From assembly GCA_964361405.1 (NCBI GenBank), contig CAYIAA010000002.1:5299-69298 (forward strand): a stretch of 64,000 bases of DNA, in the 5' to 3' direction. Source of the DNA: an uncultured Candidatus Saccharibacteria bacterium. Lineage in GTDB: Bacteria; Patescibacteriota; Minisyncoccia; Phycocordibacterales; UBA3531. Below the pieces are notes generated by a model. It was not told the origin of the DNA and searched no databases. It was given only the letters and a program-made list of their open reading frames with translations. Both the position numbers and the translations under genes were made by a program. Shown piece by piece: positions 57,991-64,000 of this stretch; position 1 is the first letter of the stretch; every line of letters begins with the position of its first letter.

Positions 57991-58269
57991 ATGAGCGTTT
58001 TGATTGCCGTTGCCCATGCCCAGGGCACGGCGGAGCGCTTTGTTGGGAGGTTGGTTGGTGATGTTCTCCAGCCGATTGTCTACCTCTTAATCACTCTTGC
58101 GATAGTTTTCTTCCTCTGGGGTGTTGTTCAATTTATTAGCGGCGCGGATAATGCGGAGCGCGTCGGAGAAGGACGAAACCACATACTCTGGGGGCTTGTT
58201 GGACTCTTCATCATGGTGAGCGTCGTTGGCATTATGAACTTACTGTGTAACTCAATAGGGGCTTGCTAA
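57991..58269 (+). CDS. VirB2/TrbC-like pilin 4
   Basis: AHA-Q, FLWGV.QF...ADN.E...EGR.H.LWGL.GLFIMVSV. Confidence 0.85.
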   Translation: MSVLIAVAHAQGTAERFVGRLVGDVLQPIVYLLITLAIVFFLWGVVQFISGADNAERVGEGRNHILWGLVGLFIMVSVVGIMNLLCNSIGAC

Positions 58270-58622
58270 TGCGAAAAATACTGGATTGGAGTGTCTTCTT
58301 GGTCATAATTCTCGCGCTTATCGCATTCCCGAAAGGGGTTGGGGCACAGGTGGATGACCTTGGTGACCTCGTTGAGGTGATACTTGAACTCTTGAATAGC
58401 GTTGTTGCACTCATCGTCGCCCTCGCGGTTGTGATCTTCATCTGGGGTATTCTCAAATATATTAGCGCTGGCGAGAGTGAGGAGAAGATTCGCGAAGGAA
58501 GAAACTATATTATCTACGGAATCATCGGTATCTTCGTCATGGTAAGTGTTTGGGGATTGGTAGCTCTTCTCTCGAATACCTTTCAGCTCGATACGTCGAG
58601 TTTGCCAACACCGAATATTTAA
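58269..58622 (+). CDS. VirB2/TrbC-like pilin 5
   Basis: VGA-Q, FIWGILKYI..G..EEK..EGR.YI.YGIIG.FVMVSVWGLV. Confidence 0.85.
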   Translation: MRKILDWSVFLVIILALIAFPKGVGAQVDDLGDLVEVILELLNSVVALIVALAVVIFIWGILKYISAGESEEKIREGRNYIIYGIIGIFVMVSVWGLVALLSNTFQLDTSSLPTPNI

Positions 58623-58685
58623 GGGGAAGAGGAGGAGGAGATAGCGCAAAGTGTCTATTTCCGGAACGACCTCATCTAAAAAAAG

Positions 58686-58723
58686 AAGAGGAGCAGGGGG
58701 ATTGAACCCCGTGCTCCTCTTTT
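58686..58723. terminator. Bidirectional terminator
   Basis: AAGAGGAGCA.GGGG-loop-CCCC.TGCTCCTCTT with flanking A and T runs. Confidence 0.8.
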
Positions 58724-58775
58724 GCGTCTCATATTTCCCAAAGGAATAGGACGTTTGTGTACTTTTTTCTTTGAT

Positions 58776-59432
58776 CTACCTCCTAGTCGGTTTTTCGTTG
58801 AAGGTCACGGGTTCGTAGGTATGGTCACCTGCTCTGTCACCAGTTAAAAGTTTTCCTTGGCAGGAAAACTTTTTTCCTACTTGTCTACAGGCAAGCCACC
58901 CGCTTCGCTCATGGAAGCCATCTGCAGTGTTTGACCATCGCCAGCTTGCTTCCACCGGTTTCCCGAAGTTGTTCTCCGGGAACGGCTTTGTGCGGATCTC
59001 ACCTTCCGGTTCGTAGTAAGCCCACCTTCCTGTTCCTCTATAGACGATGACCACTTGGACATACCCACTACTTGGGTACTCGAGGTGAGCCGTGGCGGAC
59101 ATACATCTGTCGGCGGGAATCAACCCTTCCTGAAATTCTTCGACTTCATTTCCAATTCCCATATCAATGCCACCGAAGCAGTATGTGCCTTCCCGATTTG
59201 CGAAGAGTTCTGAAAGACCGGAGACGTTTGGATACCGATGCCAACCGAGATAGAGAGCAACTAGAACGCAGACGACAAGTGTTCCGATGAAGAACTGCCG
59301 TTTCGATGGCCGTTCCACATCCTGTACCAAACTTGCCGTTGTTGCCAGTAGCCTGCCCCCGTATCTTCTCGAAAGTCCCACGAGGACAATTGCAAGAAGC
59401 CCAACGACGAGAAGAATAACTTCAGGACGCAT
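58776..59432 (-). CDS. Hypothetical membrane protein (2 TM plus soluble domain; cassette G gene 2)
   Basis: 218-aa ORF starting 3 nt after the SPFH stop. Confidence 0.7.
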   Translation of the reverse strand: MRPEVILLVVGLLAIVLVGLSRRYGGRLLATTASLVQDVERPSKRQFFIGTLVVCVLVALYLGWHRYPNVSGLSELFANREGTYCFGGIDMGIGNEVEEFQEGLIPADRCMSATAHLEYPSSGYVQVVIVYRGTGRWAYYEPEGEIRTKPFPENNFGKPVEASWRWSNTADGFHERSGWLACRQVGKKFSCQGKLLTGDRAGDHTYEPVTFNEKPTRR

Positions 59433-59435
59433 GCG

Positions 59436-60608
59436 CTACCCCTTTTCTTCCGGGGGAGTTTCTCTGTCACCGTCCTTCAGGCTACCAGCAATCCCGCTTG
59501 CGACCCCAATGAGTTCCGCGAGCCCGCCAGTGCCGACAATGACCGTCTTCTGACCTGGGTTCTCGGTGATTACCCGCGCGGTTTCTGCACCAAGAACTGC
59601 CATAGCTGGAACACCAAGTTCCGTCGCCTGTCTCTTGTAGCCGGCAGTACGACCGTCGATACGAGCTTGTTCTCCAAGTCCGTCACCTTCGCCCTCAAGC
59701 CGACGCTTCTCTTTTTCACCTTCCGCTGTCGTCATGGTAGCAACTTTTTGTGCAGCTGCCATTGACATCTTCTGAATTTCCTCATTCAACGAGTGAGCTG
59801 GAAGCAACTGCTTGATTTGAACTGTCGCCATTGATATGCCGAAGTCGTTGTTGTCCGCAAATTCTTCAACCGCCCGCCTTGCTTTCTCGGTGTAACGGTT
59901 GAGATCTTTGTTGATGACCGCTGGAGTAAACTTTCCGAAGTCATCAGCGATCGCTCCGAGCGCGATATCGTTCAGTATTCGATCTGCTTCCCCAGTTGTC
60001 CCGACCGTTGTCAGGAACTTGCAGAAGTCATCGATGCGGTAGACCGCGAAGATGGGAACTTCAAGCGTTACCCGTCGATTGAGCGGGTCATCTTCGCCCA
60101 GATCCCGTCTGGGGTCATTGGGATCATTGGTGTCAGGTTTCGACGGATAGCCGAAGGTGATCCTATTCGGAGGAAAAAATCCTTCCGGTGAAGTACCATC
60201 CCCACGATAGATTTTTTCTGGGTTCGCTGGCCACTCCCGTTCGATGTTGAGTCTCGCCTCCTCCTCTAGAGTGCAGATGAAGAGTGGAACAAAACAAAGA
60301 CCAGATGACACGTTATAGATCGGCTTACCGAAGAGTAGAACAGCTCCAAGTCTCGTTGGGCCAACTATTTTGAAGCTTGCCACTATGTAGAGCATTTGTA
60401 GTACCAGGAGTAAGCCTCCCGCACTCCACTCTACTTCGAAGAAGGAATCCTTGAACGTAGTTCCTTGGAGTTGGAGAACGATCTCGATCGCGAAAAAGAT
60501 AACACTCACAAAGCCAACCACGACCCAGAACGACCATATCTTTCGAGCTAATGGTTCTGAGGGTATCTGTGCAGGAGGTTGTTCCTGCCTCTCTGGTTCG
60601 GGTATCAC
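59436..60608 (-). CDS. SPFH/band 7 domain protein (cassette G gene 1)
   Basis: TMs, then FKIV....GAVLLFGK....SSGL.FVP, YRI.D, FGI....V.I, and AEGE...RRLEGEG coiled tail. Confidence 0.8.
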   Translation of the reverse strand: MIPEPERQEQPPAQIPSEPLARKIWSFWVVVGFVSVIFFAIEIVLQLQGTTFKDSFFEVEWSAGGLLLVLQMLYIVASFKIVGPTRLGAVLLFGKPIYNVSSGLCFVPLFICTLEEEARLNIEREWPANPEKIYRGDGTSPEGFFPPNRITFGYPSKPDTNDPNDPRRDLGEDDPLNRRVTLEVPIFAVYRIDDFCKFLTTVGTTGEADRILNDIALGAIADDFGKFTPAVINKDLNRYTEKARRAVEEFADNNDFGISMATVQIKQLLPAHSLNEEIQKMSMAAAQKVATMTTAEGEKEKRRLEGEGDGLGEQARIDGRTAGYKRQATELGVPAMAVLGAETARVITENPGQKTVIVGTGGLAELIGVASGIAGSLKDGDRETPPEEKG

Positions 60609-60780
60609 AATTATTTTCCTTTCCCTTTCCGCTGAATAGCGTGAGGTAGAGTTACTGTCAAAGAAAGCATCACTTTGATGCTAATCTGTACTTAACTATG
60701 CATATTTATTGTGAAAAGTCAAGGTGCTACGACTGTAGAATACTTATAGTGGGAATTACTCACAAGTTTGTATGCAAAAT

Positions 60781-60828
60781 AAAAAAGGCCGCCAAATTAA
60801 CCTAAAGGTTGAATATTGGCGGTCCTTT
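60781..60828 (-). terminator. Intrinsic terminator
   Basis: GGCCGCCAA...TTGGCGGTCC stem with A-run on the plus strand. Confidence 0.7.
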
Positions 60829-60851
60829 GTGAGGCCATGGAAAGTCAAGAC

Positions 60852-61166
60852 CTACACCTGCTTCTCCTGTGGTTTCTCTGACTCCTCGATGATAATATCG
60901 AAGACCTTATCGAGAAACCTTTTTGCTCCTTCCTTGTCTCCACTGCTGATATAGACAGCCAGGATTTCTTCTATCTGACGGCGACGTGTCGAGCCGTTGG
61001 GAAGGAACTTACCGAATCCTGTCCCACCAATGATGAGGGATGCTCGGTATTCCCAGGTCTGCAGTGGATGCCCATTTTCCTTTTCCACTGCTTTGTGTAG
61101 TGCTGTGCGGATGATTTCTCGAGTAGCGCTAATCTCTTGCTTCAACAGGTCGGAAAGATTCATCAT
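60852..61166 (-). CDS. Hypothetical orphan protein (cassette H)
   Basis: GAGG SD, TTGACA at 61266-61261 immediately 3' of tRNA-Leu. Confidence 0.6.
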   Translation of the reverse strand: MMNLSDLLKQEISATREIIRTALHKAVEKENGHPLQTWEYRASLIIGGTGFGKFLPNGSTRRRQIEEILAVYISSGDKEGAKRFLDKVFDIIIEESEKPQEKQV

Positions 61167-61268
61167 AAACCTCAATTTTTAGAGAAGGGCTTGCGGGAAC
61201 GACTTGCTCCTACTAACTTCTCCAACTTCCGTCAGCAACATGTCATATTTGTTGATAGTTTGTCAAGG

Positions 61269-61351
61269 TGCCGGGGGAGAGACTTGAACTCTCACGAGCT
61301 TGCGCTCACAAGGTCCTAAACCTTGCGTGTCTGCCATTCCACCACCCCGGC
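61269..61351 (-). tRNA. tRNA-Leu(TAG)
   Basis: GCCGGGG acceptor, CAAGG-TTTAGGA-CCTTG, long variable arm. Confidence 0.95.
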
Positions 61352-61381
61352 TTATGCGAACATACCGGTTTGAGTTCTCGC

Positions 61382-61454
61382 TCCGCCCACCAGGATTCGA
61401 ACCTGGGACCGTTCGCTTAAGAGGCGACTGCTCTACCGACTGAGCTATGGGCGG
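61382..61454 (-). tRNA. tRNA-Lys(CTT)
   Basis: CCGCCCA/TGGGCGG acceptor, anticodon loop CTCTTAA, T-loop TTCGAAT. Confidence 0.93.
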
Positions 61455-61533
61455 AGCGAGAACTCAAACAGAGTTACTAGTTTTACTATTTTTTTGACAA
61501 ATATCTTCCCTTCGTTTTATTTTTTTTCCAACG

Positions 61534-61621
61534 TGGTGCCCGGGGTGGGGGTCGAACCCACATGAGCTTTCGCTCACAACATTTTAAGTGTTGTGCGTCT
61601 ACCAAATTTCGCCACCCGGGC
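61534..61621 (-). tRNA. tRNA-Leu(TAA), encoded CCA
   Basis: GCCCGGG acceptor, CAACA-CTTAAAA-TGTTG, long variable arm. Confidence 0.96.
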
Positions 61622-61646
61622 TTTCTAGGTATTTTGATTTACCTTA

Positions 61647-61718
61647 AGGCCTGGGGGAGAATCGAACTCCCGTGTAAGGGTTTTGCAGACCCTCGCCTTA
61701 CCACTTGGCTACCAGGCC
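61647..61718 (-). tRNA. tRNA-Cys(GCA)
   Basis: GGCCTGG/CCAGGCC acceptor, AGGGT-CTGCAAA-ACCCT, U73. Confidence 0.96.
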
Positions 61719-61729
61719 ACTTTTTTTAT

Positions 61730-62053
61730 CTAGAGCGTGTCAAGGAGCTCATCGATGCGGTTCCGATTTTTCTCTCCGCTGTCGGCGATGAACGTGAAGC
61801 GGGGCACGGTCCTCATTTTGGTTTGCGAGTTGATAAAAGAACGCAGTCTGCCCGAGAGCGCCTCAAGCTTTCGGAGTACTTCCCCCTCCTCAATTTCAGG
61901 GTAGATACTTACGCGCACTACTGCCCCACCCAAGTCTTTTCTCAAGTCACAGCCGGTTACGGTGATTACCGCCGTTTTAACTCCGTGGGTTTTAAGAAAA
62001 TCTCCGGCTAAATTCCTAAAGAGCGCCTCAAGACGCTTCTTTCTCTCGGGCAT
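61730..62053 (-). CDS. rbfA: Ribosome-binding factor A
   Basis: ITVT...L..DL..A.V, MR.VP...F..D, RIDELL; follows infB. Confidence 0.88.
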   Translation of the reverse strand: MPERKKRLEALFRNLAGDFLKTHGVKTAVITVTGCDLRKDLGGAVVRVSIYPEIEEGEVLRKLEALSGRLRSFINSQTKMRTVPRFTFIADSGEKNRNRIDELLDTL

Positions 62054-62065
62054 GAGTGAATGCTA

Positions 62066-63670
62066 CTAGAGCGAGCCGGAACTTTCAACGTCCGGAGTCC
62101 TGCCTACCGGCCTAGCCCGGCTGACACCGGTAGGCAGGGCAGGCAGGCCTTTCAATTCGTCTCCGAGCGCAATCGAAGTTTTCGCTTCAACCATAATTCC
62201 GGCGTGTGTTCCTTCACTGGCCTCGGCGGCGGCGACTCGATCAACTTGAAGCTCAATGATTTTACCTTTCCCGATTTCAAAATTGTTGCGGAGGATTGAG
62301 ACACCCGCTCCCTTTTTGAAGGTACCTTCACTCACGGCTACTCCGACGAGCTGACGGGACTTTGTTTTTCCGAAGAGCTTAATCACTTTTCCGGTGATAC
62401 GCTCTTCCGGAACGGGCGGTGGCGGTAAGCGTCTTTTAATCTCGCTCGCGAGAAATTCAGTCAATTTGTAAATCACGTCGAAGGTGTGTGGGGTAATTTT
62501 GTATCGGTCGAGGAGGTCTTTAGTTTTCCGATCAACACCCACGTGGAATCCAAGCATGATTGGGTCTTCGGCGGTTGCGGCGAGTTTAATGTCGCCCTCT
62601 CCGATGTCTCCGATACCCTTCGCAAGAATTTTGATCCGTGCGGGAAGAACGGAGAGTTTACCGAGCTCATGCTCAAGCGCCTCCATCGTTCCATTCGCAT
62701 CGGTTTTGATTATGATCGGGATAACCGTTTCTTCGGAGGGTTCGTTTTTCTCTCGTCCGGGGACTCGGGTGCGTTCACCTACTCTCCGCGCGGCAAGCTC
62801 TTTTTGATACAGGTCCACCTCTCCTTTTGAGCGGAGAGTTTTTAACACTGACCCCGGTTCAGGGAGATCGCGGAGGCCGTAGATATGCGCCGGGGATGAC
62901 GCAGAGAGTTCCGAGACACTCTTTCCGAGGAAGTTTTCTAGGCGCTTTATTTTAACCGGTTCACAGCCATAAACCGCCACCAATTCTCCAGAGAGAAGCG
63001 TGCCGTTTTTGATGATAGCCACTGCGAGGATTCCCGAGCGCGGTTCAACGCGGGACTCAAGGATAAATCCTTCCGCTCCCGTTTCCGGATTTTGTTTGAG
63101 TTCAGCAAGGTCGGCTATCAGAAGGATTATGTCAAGAAGTTCCGGGATTCCTTCACCGTTTTTTGCCGAGACCGGCACGGCGGGAACTGAGCCGCCATAA
63201 CCCTCGATGTAGACCCCCGCTTCGGCAAGTTGTTGTTTTACCAAGTTCGGGTTTGCAGACGGGCGATCCATCTTCGTTATGGCAACCACAAAGGGTGTTT
63301 TTGATTCCTCGAGAAGCTTAATGCACTCGAGTGTTTGAGGTTTTACTCCTTCTTCGGCGGAGACGACGAGAATGGCGACGTCTGCCACACTCGTGCCACG
63401 GCTCCGCATAGTGGTGAACGCTTCATGTCCCGGCGTATCGATGAAAGTGATTCGTCGCGGAGTGCCATCCTCGCCTTGGTGAGTGATTTCGTAAGCACTC
63501 GTATGTTGGGTGATACCACCGGCTTCTCCTAAAACGGTATTTGCTTTTCTGATGTAATCGAGGAGTGTTGACTTCCCGTGGTCAACATGTCCAAGCACGG
63601 TCACTACAGGCGGCCGTGAAAGCGGTTTCTTGAGAGTGTGAATTTCGGTTTTGTCTCGTTTTGGTTTCAT
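62066..63670 (-). CDS. infB: Translation initiation factor IF-2 (lacking N-terminal domain)
   Basis: [36 protein letters not shown]. Confidence 0.97.
   Translation of the reverse strand: MKPKRDKTEIHTLKKPLSRPPVVTVLGHVDHGKSTLLDYIRKANTVLGEAGGITQHTSAYEITHQGEDGTPRRITFIDTPGHEAFTTMRSRGTSVADVAILVVSAEEGVKPQTLECIKLLEESKTPFVVAITKMDRPSANPNLVKQQLAEAGVYIEGYGGSVPAVPVSAKNGEGIPELLDIILLIADLAELKQNPETGAEGFILESRVEPRSGILAVAIIKNGTLLSGELVAVYGCEPVKIKRLENFLGKSVSELSASSPAHIYGLRDLPEPGSVLKTLRSKGEVDLYQKELAARRVGERTRVPGREKNEPSEETVIPIIIKTDANGTMEALEHELGKLSVLPARIKILAKGIGDIGEGDIKLAATAEDPIMLGFHVGVDRKTKDLLDRYKITPHTFDVIYKLTEFLASEIKRRLPPPPVPEERITGKVIKLFGKTKSRQLVGVAVSEGTFKKGAGVSILRNNFEIGKGKIIELQVDRVAAAEASEGTHAGIMVEAKTSIALGDELKGLPALPTGVSRARPVGRTPDVESSGSL
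62099..62147. repeat. Nested palindromic element in the 3' end of infB
   Basis: CCTGCCTACCG-[GCCTAGCCCGGCTGACACCGGTAGGCAGG]-GCAGGCAGG. Confidence 0.75.
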
Positions 63671-63724
63671 AGAGAATAGAAAATGAAAGAGCGTGGCGGT
63701 GAAAAGCGATGTCTATCGCCATAA

Positions 63725-64000
63725 TTAGTTTGCCGGTGGTTTTTCGCTTGCTCGAGTGATTGCTCCTTCTTCCTCGCGTGAGAGTTCGTAGCTTGACTTC
63801 AAGTTTTTGACCGGCTTCGCGTAGATGCTTGTCCGTTCTCGAGAATAAAGGCTTGATAAAACGATTCCATCACCGTCTTCATTTAAGAGGGCGGCGGCAA
63901 AACTTTGGTTTCCCCCAGAGTCGGGGAATGCATTAAATCGGAGGACATGGGATCCGCGCAATGCCTTTTTGAGCCGAGTGTTCATGTCTTCAAGTCTGAT
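63725..64000 (-). CDS. DUF4446-like protein (5' partial)
   Basis: RFNAF...GGNQSF..ALL...GDG.VLSSL.SR....YAKP, LS.EE. Confidence 0.85.
   Translation of the reverse strand: MRLEDMNTRLKKALRGSHVLRFNAFPDSGGNQSFAAALLNEDGDGIVLSSLYSRERTSIYAKPVKNLKSSYELSREEEGAITRASEKPPAN

Noticed and set aside
62111-62121. CCTAGCCCGGC identical to the tRNA-Gln 3' end (832-842), a possible distant att site
   Set aside because: Only 11 bp, GC-rich, lies within a palindromic element, and the interval is core genes; likely chance

Overview
A 64-kb stretch of a compact bacterial chromosome using code 11 (TGA acts as stop). Gene content suggests Patescibacteria/Parcubacteria (CPR), which is an inference: a VirB2-like pilin array, a class II RNR, short ValS and IF-2, and few biosynthetic genes. 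Most of the window is housekeeping (pyrG, groESL, rnj, secG, nrdJ, rnpB, murJ, lepA, valS, tsaC/tsaD, ftsAZ, hisS, lepB, pth, rpsA, gyrA, rbfA, infB) plus 12 tRNAs. No CRISPR array, integrase or transposase was seen. The unusual signal is mostly non-coding. (1) Two unrelated tRNAs (Gln, Arg) are each followed by a hairpin-rich tail holding an inverted and then a direct copy of their own 3' end, and the repeat period is exactly 135 nt in both. (2) A 19-nt copy of the tRNA-Arg 5' end is split by a 39-nt double-palindrome insertion. (3) Short palindromic (REP/RPE-like) elements sit inside valS, hisS and infB. (4) About eight self-contained orphan cassettes (-35/-10 promoter, SD, ORF, strong terminator) are scattered among core genes, which mostly look leaderless. 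(5) tRNA-Lys has a perfect 15-bp extension of its acceptor stem, and a homing-endonuclease-like remnant runs into tRNA-Ser. All product calls rest on motif recognition by eye; no database searches were run.
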